A DNA stretch of 64,000 nucleotides from Candidatus Xenobia bacterium (GCA_045863235.1 BTUM01000034.1:1-64000), one strand, 5' to 3'; positions 9,071-20,520 are shown, counted from the stretch's first letter. Notes: generated from the letters alone by a model not told the origin. A program made the numbers and translations.

Positions 9071-9086
9071 CCGAACAGAAGGGGGC

Positions 9087-9115
9087 TTGTCGAGCCCGAA
9101 GGGCTGTGCTATACT
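9087..9115 (+). promoter_or_regulatory. Sigma70-type promoter of rpsT
   Basis: TTGTCG, 17 bp spacer, TATACT with an extended TG. Confidence 0.7.
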
Positions 9116-9164
9116 CCGGCGAACTTGCAGGCTTCTGCAGGCCCAAATATTCCGGAGGTTCCCC

Positions 9165-9431
9165 GTGGCGAACACGAAAACTGCGAAAAAGATGATCCGA
9201 GTGCACGACCGGCGCCGCACGCGCAATCAGCCGGTGCGCACGGCCGTGAAGTCGGCCTTCAAGAAAGCTGACACGGCGCTCGAGCAAAAGAGCGGCGACC
9301 TGGCTGCCGTGGCCAAAGAGGCCGCCTCGATCATCGACAAGGCCGTCAGCAAAGGCGTCGTTCACAAGAACAAGGCCGCCCGCAAGAAGTCGCGACTGGA
9401 CAAGAAGGTCTTCGCCGCCTCCAAGGGCTGA
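9165..9431 (+). CDS. rpsT: 30S ribosomal protein S20
   Basis: GTG start after GGAGG. Sequence ANTKTAKKMIR...IDKAVSKGVVHKNKAARKKSRL. Confidence 0.97.
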   Translation: MANTKTAKKMIRVHDRRRTRNQPVRTAVKSAFKKADTALEQKSGDLAAVAKEAASIIDKAVSKGVVHKNKAARKKSRLDKKVFAASKG

Positions 9432-9454
9432 GCTTTTCGGTCAGTTTGGTCAAG

Positions 9455-9490
9455 CAGGTCACCCGTTGCGGGTGGCCTGATTTTGTTTTT
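9455..9490 (+). terminator. rpsT intrinsic terminator
   Basis: CAGGTCACCCG-ttg-CGGGTGGCCTG followed by a T-rich tail. Confidence 0.8.
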
Positions 9491-9499
9491 GTTGCAATG

Positions 9500-9532
9500 A
9501 AAAAGCCCCGGGCATCGCGCCCGGGGCTCTTT
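9500..9532 (-). terminator. ahcY intrinsic terminator (possibly bidirectional)
   Basis: AAAAAGCCCCGGGC-atcgc-GCCCGGGGCTCTTT. Confidence 0.8.
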
Positions 9533-9542
9533 CAGTCCACCA

Positions 9543-10850
<1,308 letters not shown>

Positions 10851-11080
10851 CGGGTTACACTCCTTATAAAATGCAGGGCGCACCTTCTGCTCCAGCCCGG
10901 AGAACCCTGCTACGGTTCAATGCACAACTGCCAGGGGAAGTTCCCATGACCCGCACAGGCCAGGCCAACTCCGAGGGAATGGGCTTCAAAGAAAGGTTTA
11001 CAATTCGTTCACAGTCTTAACAGCCCGGTAAGACTATTCTCCTGCTGGGAAGCATCGAGACCGGTTAGGATGAGGGCACG

Positions 11081-11494
11081 ATGAGTGAAGTGCTCACCTC
11101 TCCCGCAGCCACCGTCCCCGAGGTCCCCCTGGCTCCGCCTGCGACCCCGGCCGCCCTGCGAGACGACCGGATCGACCTCAAGGGCGAGCACGAGGATCCC
11201 AGCTTCCTGATTATCAACCTGCGCCGCCAGGCCACCTCGATGGGTGTGATCGGAGCGCAGCTGCCGGAGGGCAGGAAGGGGATCGAGCAACCGATGCCAG
11301 TGTGGGAAACGGGTGGAAATGGCGCTCTGCGCCGTCTTCTGGTCCAGGATCGCAGTCAGATGAACAGCAACATGGCGGCCGCCGAGCAAGAGCGGAACTT
11401 CTTTCTCGAGCTGACCCGCCGCACGACCCTCAAACACGCCCCGGCCGTCGAAACCCGTATCGAGTGGCCTGGCTTCGGCCAGCAAACCGCCTGA
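11081..11494 (+). CDS. Hypothetical protein
   Basis: 137-aa ORF with host-like codon bias. Confidence 0.65.
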   Translation: MSEVLTSPAATVPEVPLAPPATPAALRDDRIDLKGEHEDPSFLIINLRRQATSMGVIGAQLPEGRKGIEQPMPVWETGGNGALRRLLVQDRSQMNSNMAAAEQERNFFLELTRRTTLKHAPAVETRIEWPGFGQQTA

Positions 11495-12087
11495 GTTTCC
11501 TGCACCGCTTCCTCTCCGGGGTCAAGGGCCGCCTGCTGGCCTGGGCGGTGGTGGCCGCCTTTCTCATCCCCATAACGATGTGCGGGCTGAGTCGGGCCAG
11601 CCGTCCCGAGACCTATCCCGGAGACCGCATGGAGACGCGCGTCTGCCGGGAGTGCTCGGGACAGCGCAGCGACTGCCCCACGTGCGCCGGCAAGGGCAAA
11701 GTCTTCGTCATCACGCCCGGCCCCAACCACCCCAGCTGGGTGGCGCTGGAAGTGGTGCAGACAGGCAGTCCTCCCGCCCCTCCCGCGCTCACCACCGAGG
11801 AGCTGCTCAAACCCTTGCCGGGAGGAGTCGGTGGCGCCCGCATCAAGCTCGAGAAGGACGGCAAGGTCATCGAGGTCACCACCACCTTCACCGGCCGCAC
11901 CAAGGTCAGGTTGGCGCCGGGCAAGTGGAGTTACACCGTCTCCAAGCCCGAGCAGCGCGAGGTGAAGGGCAGCTTCGAGATCCCCGTGCTCACCTCCGAG
12001 ATCTGGAAGAGCAAGGGCTTGAGCCGGAAAGACGGAGACTGGCTCGAGCAGCCGCTGCGGGTGGAGATGCCGCGCTCGAGCCCGTAA
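11491..12087 (+). CDS. Membrane-anchored protein with a CxxCxG...CxxCxGxG zinc-finger motif
   Basis: N-terminal hydrophobic helix, then CRECSG...CPTCAGKG. The start is uncertain; an in-frame CTG overlaps the upstream TGA. Confidence 0.65.
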   Translation: MSFLHRFLSGVKGRLLAWAVVAAFLIPITMCGLSRASRPETYPGDRMETRVCRECSGQRSDCPTCAGKGKVFVITPGPNHPSWVALEVVQTGSPPAPPALTTEELLKPLPGGVGGARIKLEKDGKVIEVTTTFTGRTKVRLAPGKWSYTVSKPEQREVKGSFEIPVLTSEIWKSKGLSRKDGDWLEQPLRVEMPRSSP

Positions 12088-12132
12088 CGCGCGCCTGGTC
12101 TCCTGAGGGGCGCCCGACTTCTGCGCGTTGCC

Positions 12133-12873
12133 CTAAAAGCCCGTGGGCACGTCCACGAACCAGGTTTCCACCGCGAAGGCCTCCTCCAGCACGGGCATCA
12201 GGGCCCTCAGCCCCCAGGTCTCGGTGGCGTAGTGCCCGCCCAGGGCCACGTTGACCCCGGCCTCGCGGGCGGCGTGGTACATCGGGTGAGAGGTCTCGCC
12301 GGTGAGCACCAGATCGGCCTTGCGCAGGGCCGCCTGGGAGAGCAGCTCCAGGCCTCCCGAGCCGGAGGAAACGCCAAGGCGCAACACTTCCTCGGGACCA
12401 AAGTCGAGCAGCCGCACCGGCCCTTTCAAGAGCCCCTCCAGACGCTGGCACAGAGCGGACCGGGCCACCGGGGCCTCGAACTCGCCCAGCCAGCCCACCT
12501 CGCCGAACTCCTCCACGGGCTTCAACCCGAGCGCTTTCAGAAGCTGGGCGTTGTTGCCCAGGATGACGTGCTTGTCCAGGGGCAGGTGGCTGGCATAGAG
12601 CGACATCCCGCGGGTCAAGAGGTAGGCCAGGCGGTCACGCAGCGTGCCGGTGACGCGTGATACCGAAGGCCAGAACAGGCCGTGATGGACGATCACCAGC
12701 TGGCAGTCTCCCAGCGATTCGAAGGACTCCATGCACGCATCCACGCAAAAACCCACCCGGCGGACCTCGGATTGACCCTCCACCTGCAGGCCGCTGGGGC
12801 AGTAGCGATCGCTCACTTCGCGATGGCGAAGCAGGTCCTCGAGATAGGAAACGATGGCGGCCAGCTCAGCCAT
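12133..12873 (-). CDS. Nif3-like dinuclear metal centre protein (YbgI family)
   Basis: Motifs SGLQVEG, IVHHGLFW, YASHLPLDKH..GNN, LTGE and GHYATE. Confidence 0.93.
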   Translation of the reverse strand: MAELAAIVSYLEDLLRHREVSDRYCPSGLQVEGQSEVRRVGFCVDACMESFESLGDCQLVIVHHGLFWPSVSRVTGTLRDRLAYLLTRGMSLYASHLPLDKHVILGNNAQLLKALGLKPVEEFGEVGWLGEFEAPVARSALCQRLEGLLKGPVRLLDFGPEEVLRLGVSSGSGGLELLSQAALRKADLVLTGETSHPMYHAAREAGVNVALGGHYATETWGLRALMPVLEEAFAVETWFVDVPTGF

Positions 12874-13774
12874 GGCTTTTGAGCACCACGGCCAGCTCGG
12901 CCGCCAGCCGGGCATTGGCCAGCAACAGGGCGCGGTTGGCCTCCAGCGTCCGGCCGCCGCTGGCGCGCGAGAGATAGTCGAGCAGGAAGGGCGTCATCGC
13001 TTTGCCGGTGTGGCCCTCGGTCTCGGCCTTCTCCAGGCCCTGGCGCAGCCAGCCTTCCACTTCGCCGGGGGGCAGCTCGTGGGCAGAGGGCACGGGATTG
13101 GCCAGCACAAGCCCCCTCTCCAGCGTGGCCAGGCTGAGCTGGTAGGCGTTGACAGCCTCCTGGTGGTCGTTCACTCGGAAGCCGAATTTGATGGACAGGC
13201 CCGAGGTGTAGAAACGGGGGAATCGGTCGGTACCGTAGAGGGCCACCGGAACGCCCAGTGTCTCGAGCATCTCCACCGTGGCCGGAACGTCCAGCACCGC
13301 CTTGACCCCGGAGCAAACCGTCAGGCAACGGCTGCGGGCCAGCTGGGTGAGATCGCTCGAAAAATCAGGCCGGGAGGTCCACTGCAGGTGCACTCCTCCC
13401 AGCCCCCCGGTGGCCATGACCTGGATGTTGGCTCGCTCGGCCAGAGCCAGGGTGGCCGAGACGGTGGTGGCGCCCTCCCCCCCTTTGGCCAGCACGGCCG
13501 GGATGTCGCCAATGCCGACCTTGGCGGTCAGTCGCGGGCCACACAGGTCCTCCAGCTCGGACTCGGTCAGACCAAAGCGAACTCGCCCCTCGTGCAGCCA
13601 GATGATGGCAGGGGTGGCGCCGGCGGCGCGCACCGCCTCCTGGCACTCGCGAGCCACCTCCAGGTTGATGGGGCGAGGCAGCCCCTGGGCCCACACGCTC
13701 GACTCCAGGGCCACAACGGGCCGGGCCTCGGCCAGCGCCTGCTCGACCTCGGCGCTGTAACGAGCCCACTTCAT
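12866..13774 (-). CDS. psuG: Pseudouridine-5'-phosphate glycosidase
   Basis: Motifs VVALESS, GATTVSAT, ATGGLGGVH, SSDL, GVKAVLD and GKAMTPFLL. Confidence 0.93.
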   Translation of the reverse strand: MKWARYSAEVEQALAEARPVVALESSVWAQGLPRPINLEVARECQEAVRAAGATPAIIWLHEGRVRFGLTESELEDLCGPRLTAKVGIGDIPAVLAKGGEGATTVSATLALAERANIQVMATGGLGGVHLQWTSRPDFSSDLTQLARSRCLTVCSGVKAVLDVPATVEMLETLGVPVALYGTDRFPRFYTSGLSIKFGFRVNDHQEAVNAYQLSLATLERGLVLANPVPSAHELPPGEVEGWLRQGLEKAETEGHTGKAMTPFLLDYLSRASGGRTLEANRALLLANARLAAELAVVLKSHG

Positions 13775-13832
13775 GGCTCAGCCAGCAGCGAGGCGCCCGG
13801 GGATGGGTCGAGGCCGGCCAACCGCTCCAAGC

Positions 13833-15101
13833 TCACAGCGGATCCCCGAGCGGGCTGTCCAGGATGGTGTTGACGGCCACGCCGCTCTTGATGATGGCGC
13901 GTACGTAGTTGCCCCCGAAACGGTAGGGCAGCTCGGCAAAGTCGGGCATGTCCAGGATCAGCAGGTCGGCCTTCTTGCCCGGCTCCAGGCTGCCCACCGC
14001 GCTGCCAAGCCCCAACGAGTGGGCGGCGTTGACGGTGGCCGCCACCAGCGCCTCGGACGGGGTCATGCGGGTGCGCAGCACGGCCAGCGAGATGATCGCC
14101 TGCATCGACTCGGTCTGGCAGCTGCCGGCATTGAAGTCGGTGGCCAGGGCAACGGGGAGATCGGCATCGATCATGGCCCGGGCCGGAGCGAAACTCTCCA
14201 GCCCCAGGAAAAAGGTAGTGCCAGGCGTCAGAATGGGGATGGCCCCGCTCTTCTTGATGACGGCGAAATCGCTCTCGGGCAGCCTTTGCAGGTGATCCAC
14301 CGAGGCGGCCCCCAGCTCGGCAGCCATGCGCGCCCCACCCTGATAGGTGAACTCCTCGGCGTGGATTCGCAGGCCCAGGCCGGCATCGCGGGCAGCCGTG
14401 AGGATTCGGCGGGACTCCTCCAGCGTGAAGGCGCCTTCCTCGCAGAAGATGTCGGCGTATCGAGCGAACTCACGGCAGGCCGGAATCATCTCCCCGATGA
14501 CCAGCTCGACGTAATCCTGGCGGCGGTCGGCGAACTCGGGCGGAATGGCGTGAGCGCCCAGGAAAGTCGGAACCAGGTCGATATCCAGCGTCCGGGAGAG
14601 CTCGCGCAGAATGCGCAGCTCGCGCACCTCCTCCTCGGTGGAGAGCCCGTAGCCGCTCTTGACCTCGACGGTGGTGGTACCGTGAGCCATCATCCGCTCG
14701 AGAACGTCCTTGGCCCGGGTGGTCAGCTCTTCGTCGGAGGCCTCTCGGGTGGCCCGCACGGTACTGAAGATTCCTCCCCCGCTGGCGTGAATCTCCTGGT
14801 AACTGGCTCCCCGGCTGCACAACAAGAACTCGCGCAGGCGCGAGCCGCCAAACAGGGGATGGGTGTGCGGATCGACGAAGCCGGGAACGACCGTGGAGTT
14901 GGGCAGCTCCAGGATGTCGCCATTCCACTCATTGAGGATATCGCGCCGGGAGCCCACCGCCTGGATGGTGTCACCCCGAATCACGATAGCTGAATCGCGC
15001 AACACCCCGGCGTTGTCCATCAGCGTGCCGGGGCGAGGGACGTTGCCGGGCGCGCAGGTAGCGATCTGCCCGGCAGCCACGATCAGGTCAGCCGTTTTCA
15101 T
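13833..15101 (-). CDS. hutI: Imidazolonepropionase
   Basis: Motifs PGFVDPHTH, GGGIFSTV, EVKSGYGL, FLGAH, DIFCE, HAEE and ALATDFN. Confidence 0.95.
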   Translation of the reverse strand: MKTADLIVAAGQIATCAPGNVPRPGTLMDNAGVLRDSAIVIRGDTIQAVGSRRDILNEWNGDILELPNSTVVPGFVDPHTHPLFGGSRLREFLLCSRGASYQEIHASGGGIFSTVRATREASDEELTTRAKDVLERMMAHGTTTVEVKSGYGLSTEEEVRELRILRELSRTLDIDLVPTFLGAHAIPPEFADRRQDYVELVIGEMIPACREFARYADIFCEEGAFTLEESRRILTAARDAGLGLRIHAEEFTYQGGARMAAELGAASVDHLQRLPESDFAVIKKSGAIPILTPGTTFFLGLESFAPARAMIDADLPVALATDFNAGSCQTESMQAIISLAVLRTRMTPSEALVAATVNAAHSLGLGSAVGSLEPGKKADLLILDMPDFAELPYRFGGNYVRAIIKSGVAVNTILDSPLGDPL

Positions 15102-15116
15102 CGTGCGCGCAGTTGG

Positions 15117-16040
15117 CTAACTTGCGGGCTTTTCCTCCCGCGCAAGAAGACCCAATATCTGGGCCTCCAGCACCTGGGTGGAGCGGAAGTCAGGTAACTG
15201 CAGATAGTAGCGGGCTGTCTCCACCAGGCACTCGAGGGGGGCCAGCCCTACGATCTCGCTATCGAGCACCGAGACCCCGAACCGCCGCGCCTCCATGCGC
15301 ACCGTTTCGAGCGCCGTGTAAAGACTTGTGCGCTGGGGGTCGACCAGGTTCATGCTCACCTGCGCGCGTCCCCGCTCCTCCAGCATCACCCCCATCGCCT
15401 GCACCCAGCGCAACACGCCGGTCGACTCGCGGATCCGCCGGGCCACCTGGCGGGCCACCTCCAGATCCGCCGTGTCCAGGACCACGTTGTAAGCCACCAG
15501 GGGGCTGCGGGCTCCCACCACCGTGGCTCCCAGGCGACTGTGGAGGGCCGGGGGGCCAAAGTCGGGCATCCGCTCAGCACCAAGGTCCTTGCTCAGGCCC
15601 TCGAGCTGCCCGCGACGAAGCCAGGTCAGGCTGCGATAAGCTTCGCGTCGGGCCGCCTCGGCATAGAGAAAGACAGGCACCTGCAGCTCGTCGGCCACCT
15701 TCTCGGCGGTGGCTCGGGCCAGGGCCACGGCTTGCTCCATGGTAGCTCCCCAGACGGGCACAAAGGGCACCACGTCCACCGCTCCGATGCGTGGATGGGC
15801 GCCCTGGTGCTGGTGCACGTTGAGGTGCTGATCGGCTGCCCGGTAGAGGCTCAGAATGGCCTGCTCGAGCGGCCCGGCCTCTCCCAGCAAGCTCAAGACC
15901 ATGCGGTTGTGATCCTTGTCGCAGGAGTGATCCACCAACGTGACGCCCGCAACCGAGCCCACCGAATCGGCCAGGGCCTGGACGACCTCTGGACGGCGCC
16001 CCTCGGACAGGTTGGGCACGCACTGGAAGAGAGCCGTCAT
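15117..16040 (-). CDS. ftcD: Glutamate formimidoyltransferase
   Basis: Motifs CVPNLSEGR, DKDHNR, HQGAHPRIGAVDVVPFVP, QVSMNL and SEIVGL. Confidence 0.95.
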   Translation of the reverse strand: MTALFQCVPNLSEGRRPEVVQALADSVGSVAGVTLVDHSCDKDHNRMVLSLLGEAGPLEQAILSLYRAADQHLNVHQHQGAHPRIGAVDVVPFVPVWGATMEQAVALARATAEKVADELQVPVFLYAEAARREAYRSLTWLRRGQLEGLSKDLGAERMPDFGPPALHSRLGATVVGARSPLVAYNVVLDTADLEVARQVARRIRESTGVLRWVQAMGVMLEERGRAQVSMNLVDPQRTSLYTALETVRMEARRFGVSVLDSEIVGLAPLECLVETARYYLQLPDFRSTQVLEAQILGLLAREEKPAS

Positions 16041-16369
16041 AAGAGCGCTTGCAGCTGGCTGGCGTACTCGTGGTAGAGGGCTTCCAGGCGCTCGAGCTCA
16101 GGCAGCAGATCGCCAGCCTTCTCAGCCGCTCGGTGCTCGAGGGAGCGGCCCAGGTCATGCAGCTCTCCGGCTCCCATCATGGCGGCCGAGGAGGCCAGCG
16201 AGTGAGTGGCTCGCTCAACCCCCTCCCAGTCCTGCCGGCGACCCGCCTCCAGGGCGGCTCGGACGCGCTCGGGGGCATCCTTGAGAAACGTCTGCACCAG
16301 CTCGGACACGAATTCGTCTCCCCCCAGCTTGCGAAGCTTGTCGAGCGCAACCGGATCGAGTGTGGCCAC
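16037..16369 (-). CDS. Stand-alone Hpt (histidine phosphotransfer) domain protein
   Basis: Sequence LVQTFLKDAPER...ATHSLASSAAMMGA. GTG 16369 is 6 nt below a TACCAT -10, and the stop overlaps the ftcD ATG. Confidence 0.85.
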   Translation of the reverse strand: MATLDPVALDKLRKLGGDEFVSELVQTFLKDAPERVRAALEAGRRQDWEGVERATHSLASSAAMMGAGELHDLGRSLEHRAAEKAGDLLPELERLEALYHEYASQLQALL

Positions 16370-16426
16370 GAGTTCATGGTATCGCCGCCCGGAGGGCATT
16401 CTCCTGGCGGCAGAGAACGGCCGGGC

Positions 16427-17293
16427 ATGTTCTGTGTCGAGGTTCCCGCGTCCACCGCCAACCTCGGTCCGGGGTTCGATACTCTGGGCCTGGCCCTCGA
16501 GCTCACCAACGAGGTGTGGGTGGAGCCCTGCGAGCAGGGGCTCAGCATCCAGATCGAGGGCGAAGGGGCCGAGAGCCTGGCCCGGGACGAGAAGAACCTG
16601 GTGGTGCGAGCCATGCGACTGGCCTTCGCCGAGCGGCGCTTGCCCGGACTCAAGCTGCGCCAGGTCAATCGCATCCCCCTCTCGCGCGGCCTGGGCTCGA
16701 GCGCGGCTGCCATCGTGGGCGGGCTGGTGGCGGCCCAGCAGCTGCTGGGACGACCGTTGCCGCTCTTGGAGCTGGCCAATCGCATGGAGGGCCACCCCGA
16801 CAACGTGGCCCCGGTCCTTTCCGGCGGCCTGGTGGCCAGCGGGGTGCTCGAGCAGGGGCCCGTGGCTCGCCAGGTGCCCTTGCACGAGTGCTGGCAGCTG
16901 GCCGTGGCCGTCCCCCCCTTCCCTCTCTCCACCGAGGAGGCGCGCCGGGCTCTGCCGCCCCAGGTGAGCTTCGAGGACGCCGTCTTCAACCTCTCGCGCC
17001 TGGCCTTGCTCTTGAGCGGACTGTCCCAGGGCCTGGAGCTGGATACCGGCGACCGCCTGCACCAGCCTTACCGCGAGCGGCTGGTCCCCGGCTTTGCGGC
17101 CGTTTGCGCCGCGGCCCGGCAGGCCGGCGCGGCGGGCGCCTTTCTGTCGGGCGCCGGACCCACCATGGCCGCCTTCGTGGATCGGCGCCGGGCCGATGCC
17201 GCCGAGGTGGCCCGGAGCATGGCTGCCGCCTTCGGAGAGGGAGCCCGAGGCTGGGCCCTGGAGCCCCGCCTGGTGGGCGCCCGGGTGCGATGA
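16427..17293 (+). CDS. thrB: Homoserine kinase
   Basis: Motifs VPASTANLGPGFD, IPLSRGLGSSAAA, EGHPDNVAP and SGAGPT. Confidence 0.96.
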   Translation: MFCVEVPASTANLGPGFDTLGLALELTNEVWVEPCEQGLSIQIEGEGAESLARDEKNLVVRAMRLAFAERRLPGLKLRQVNRIPLSRGLGSSAAAIVGGLVAAQQLLGRPLPLLELANRMEGHPDNVAPVLSGGLVASGVLEQGPVARQVPLHECWQLAVAVPPFPLSTEEARRALPPQVSFEDAVFNLSRLALLLSGLSQGLELDTGDRLHQPYRERLVPGFAAVCAAARQAGAAGAFLSGAGPTMAAFVDRRRADAAEVARSMAAAFGEGARGWALEPRLVGARVR

Positions 17294-18606
17294 AGCTGCT
17301 CCTCCCCCGCGCCCGCAGGCTGATTCTGGCCGTGTCCGGGGGAGCCGACTCGATGGCCATGCTGTCGCTTTTCTCCGAGACCGACCGGGAGCTGGAGGTG
17401 GCCCACCTGGATCACCGGCTGCGGCCCGAGTCGGCCGAAGACGCCGCCTTCGTGCAGGCCGAGGCCGAGAGGCTGGGGATGCCCTTCCACCTGGCCCGGG
17501 TCAACGTGCGCAAGCTGGCCCGGCGCAAGCACACCAGCCTGGAAGCGGCCGGGCGACAGGCCCGCTACCGCTTCCTGCGCCGCCTTGCGCGCCGGCGTCA
17601 GGCGGTAGCGGCCACCGCCCACACCGCTGACGATCAGGCCGAGACCGTGCTGATGCGACTGGCCGAAGGTGGCTCACCCACCGGCATCTGGCCCCGGGTG
17701 GGCGACTGGCTGGTGCGCCCGCTGCTCAAGGTGCGCCGCGACGAGTTGCGGCGACTGTTGACCGAGCGTGGGCTGAGCTGGCGCGAAGACCCCTCCAACC
17801 TGTCCAACCTGCCCCGCAGCCGGGTGCGACACACCGTGCTGCCGGCCATGGAGTCACTCAACCCCCTGGCTGTGGAAGCCCTCGGACGGGTGTCCGAGCG
17901 GGCCCGACGCGACGAGCGCTGGCTGCGCTGGTTGGCGCGCGGGCAGCTGTCTCGCTGGGCCGAGCCGCGCCCCGGGGGGTTGGCCGTGCCCGAGGCCTGG
18001 CTCCGGGGCCTGGCCGAGCCGCTTCGGACCCGGGTCTATCGGGCCGTGCTGTGCCAGGTAGCTCCGGGGGCGCGGTTGACCGCCTCCCACCATCGAGGCC
18101 GGGCGCTTCCGAGCGGAGTGCTTCGCTATCGCGAGGGCGAGATGCTGGTCTTCCAGGGGCGTCCGCCGGTTCTGCCCGAGGTGGTGCTGCACCAGGGCCG
18201 CAACGAGGTGGCTGAGTGGAGCCTGGTGCTGGAGATCGACCCGGTGGCCGAGCTGGAAACGGGGCCGGAGGTGGTCTGCCTGGATCTCGACCGGCTGGGC
18301 CAGCCATGGATCCTGCGTCCACGCCGCAAGGGAGACGCCATGGCCCCCTACCGTGGTCGAGTGGAGCCTGCAGCAACGCCCAACACCCGCGTGAAGGAGG
18401 TCTTGCAGAAGGCCGGGGTGCCCCGCAGCCAGCGCGAGACCGTCCCGGTCCTCGATTGCGGAGGCGAGATCGTCTGGCTGGCCGGAGTGCGCGCCGATCG
18501 GCGCTTTCTGGCCACCTCGGCCAGCCAGCGCATCCTGCGTGTTCGGCTGCTGCGACAGGGGACGGCTGCTTGGGGTGGAAGATTGGATACGGCTTTGTCC
18601 CCATAA
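17290..18606 (+). CDS. tilS: tRNA(Ile)-lysidine synthetase
   Basis: Motifs SGGADS, DHRLR, RQARY, TAHTADDQAET, VRPLL and EDPSN. ATGA overlap with thrB. Confidence 0.93.
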   Translation: MKLLLPRARRLILAVSGGADSMAMLSLFSETDRELEVAHLDHRLRPESAEDAAFVQAEAERLGMPFHLARVNVRKLARRKHTSLEAAGRQARYRFLRRLARRRQAVAATAHTADDQAETVLMRLAEGGSPTGIWPRVGDWLVRPLLKVRRDELRRLLTERGLSWREDPSNLSNLPRSRVRHTVLPAMESLNPLAVEALGRVSERARRDERWLRWLARGQLSRWAEPRPGGLAVPEAWLRGLAEPLRTRVYRAVLCQVAPGARLTASHHRGRALPSGVLRYREGEMLVFQGRPPVLPEVVLHQGRNEVAEWSLVLEIDPVAELETGPEVVCLDLDRLGQPWILRPRRKGDAMAPYRGRVEPAATPNTRVKEVLQKAGVPRSQRETVPVLDCGGEIVWLAGVRADRRFLATSASQRILRVRLLRQGTAAWGGRLDTALSP

Positions 18607-18621
18607 GGAGGTTTACCCGGT

Positions 18622-20520
18622 TTGTCTCGGATGTTTCGTCATATCATCGTCTTTTTCGGCCTGGGGGTCGTGCTCATCTATCTGTTCCACGCCGCCAACT
18701 CGGGCCAGCTGCCAGCAGTGCAGATCGGGTATTACGAATTCATCCAGCAGGCCGCCAGCGGTAAGATCCAGGAGGCCACCATCCAGGGGGCCAAGGTCGT
18801 GGGTAAGTACAAGCCGGTGGCCGGAGAGGCCAAGCAGCGCGAGTTCTACACCTACTTCCGCAAGGAGACCAAACCCGAGCCGGAAGCCGTGCTGACCGAC
18901 TACAAGATCCCCTTCAAAGTGAAGGATACCGAAAGCGGCAACTGGATCAGCCAGCTGGCCTACGTGATTCCCTTCGTGCTCTGCCTGGTGTTCTTGCTTT
19001 TCATCATGCGCCAGGCCCAGTCCAGCGGAGGCCAGGCCTTTGCATTCGGACGCAGCAAGCACAAGCTGGTCTCCGAGAACAAGGTCAAGGTCACCTTCGA
19101 CGACGTGGCCGGGGTGGAAGAGGCCAAGCAAGAGCTGTCCGAGATCGTCGACTACCTCAAGTACCCAAAGAAGTATCAGAGCCTGGGCGCCCGCATCCCC
19201 AAGGGCGTGCTGCTGCTGGGCGCTCCGGGCACGGGCAAGACCCTGCTCGGTCGGGCCGTCGCCGGCGAGGCCGGGGTGCCGTTCTACTACATCAGCGGCT
19301 CGGACTTCGTGGAGATGTTCGTGGGCGTGGGCGCCTCGCGCGTGCGCGACCTGTTCGACCAGGCCAAGAAGACCTCGCCCTGCATCGTGTTCGTGGACGA
19401 GATCGACGCCGTGGGGCGCCAGCGCGGGGCCGGTCTGGGTGGCGGCCACGATGAGCGAGAGCAGACTCTCAACCAGCTGCTGGTCGAGATGGATGGATTC
19501 GAGGCCAACACCAACGTGATCTGCCTGGCTGCCACCAACCGGCCCGACGTGCTCGATCCGGCCCTCTTACGCCCGGGCCGCTTCGACCGCCAGGTGGTGG
19601 TAGACAAGCCCGACATCGCAGGTCGCATGGCGATCCTGAAAGTGCACAGCCGGGGCAAGCCGCTGGCGGCCGACGTGGACCTGCAGATCATCGCCCGCCG
19701 CACTCCGGGGTTCTCGGGCGCCGATCTGGAGAACCTGCTCAACGAGGGTGCCCTGCTCGCGGCCCGGGCCAACCGCGACCGCATCAAGATGGAAGACTGC
19801 GAGGAAGCCATCGACCGGGTCATGATGGGCCCCGAGCGCAAGAGCCGGGTGATCCCCGAGAAAGAGCGCGAGATCACCGCTTACCACGAGGCCGGCCACG
19901 CCCTGGTGGCCCGCTCGCTGCCCGAGGCCGACCCGGTTCGCAAGGTGACCATCATCCCCCGCGGCATGGCCCTGGGCGTTACGGCCCAGATGCCCGATGA
20001 GGACCGCTACGCCTACGGGCGGGCCGAGCTGCTGGCCACCCTGGCGGTGCTGATGGGCGGCCGGGTGGCCGAGGAGATCGTCTTTGGCGAGATCACCACC
20101 GGGGCCAGCTCTGACATTGAGCGCGCCACCGGCATTGCCCGCGACATGGTGTGCCGCTTTGGCATGAGCGACAAGCTGGGCCCTATCCACCTGGGGCGGC
20201 GCCAGTCGCAGGTCTTCTTGGGCCGCGACATCGTGGATAGCCGCGACTACTCCGAGGACATCGCCCGCGAGATCGACCGCGAGGTGCGCAACATCGTGGA
20301 GGGCTCGCACGAGAAAGCCCGCAAGATCATCACCGAGAAGCGCGATCAGCTCGAGCTGCTCGCTCGCGAGCTCATCAAGCAAGAGGTGCTCGAAGAGGAC
20401 CAGATCAACGAGTTGCTCGGGGATCCGGCCCAGAAGAAGAAGAGCCCCAATGGCAAGCCTCCCATCGTGCTCGACGAGGGGGCGGTCAGCCTGACGGCGG
20501 ACGAGACGGCCACTCTTTGA
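18622..20520 (+). CDS. ftsH: ATP-dependent zinc metalloprotease FtsH
   Basis: Two TM helices, Walker [39 protein letters not shown] and HEAGH. Confidence 0.98.
   Translation: MSRMFRHIIVFFGLGVVLIYLFHAANSGQLPAVQIGYYEFIQQAASGKIQEATIQGAKVVGKYKPVAGEAKQREFYTYFRKETKPEPEAVLTDYKIPFKVKDTESGNWISQLAYVIPFVLCLVFLLFIMRQAQSSGGQAFAFGRSKHKLVSENKVKVTFDDVAGVEEAKQELSEIVDYLKYPKKYQSLGARIPKGVLLLGAPGTGKTLLGRAVAGEAGVPFYYISGSDFVEMFVGVGASRVRDLFDQAKKTSPCIVFVDEIDAVGRQRGAGLGGGHDEREQTLNQLLVEMDGFEANTNVICLAATNRPDVLDPALLRPGRFDRQVVVDKPDIAGRMAILKVHSRGKPLAADVDLQIIARRTPGFSGADLENLLNEGALLAARANRDRIKMEDCEEAIDRVMMGPERKSRVIPEKEREITAYHEAGHALVARSLPEADPVRKVTIIPRGMALGVTAQMPDEDRYAYGRAELLATLAVLMGGRVAEEIVFGEITTGASSDIERATGIARDMVCRFGMSDKLGPIHLGRRQSQVFLGRDIVDSRDYSEDIAREIDREVRNIVEGSHEKARKIITEKRDQLELLARELIKQEVLEEDQINELLGDPAQKKKSPNGKPPIVLDEGAVSLTADETATL

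Noticed and set aside
10851..10990. Canonical SAH or SAM-I riboswitch
   Set aside because: The diagnostic conserved cores are not found. Kept only as an unclassified structured leader.
16360..18606. 748-aa thrB-tilS fusion ORF
   Set aside because: thrB and tilS are in different frames with an ATGA overlap at 17290-17293; the upstream part of this ORF is out-of-frame thrB.
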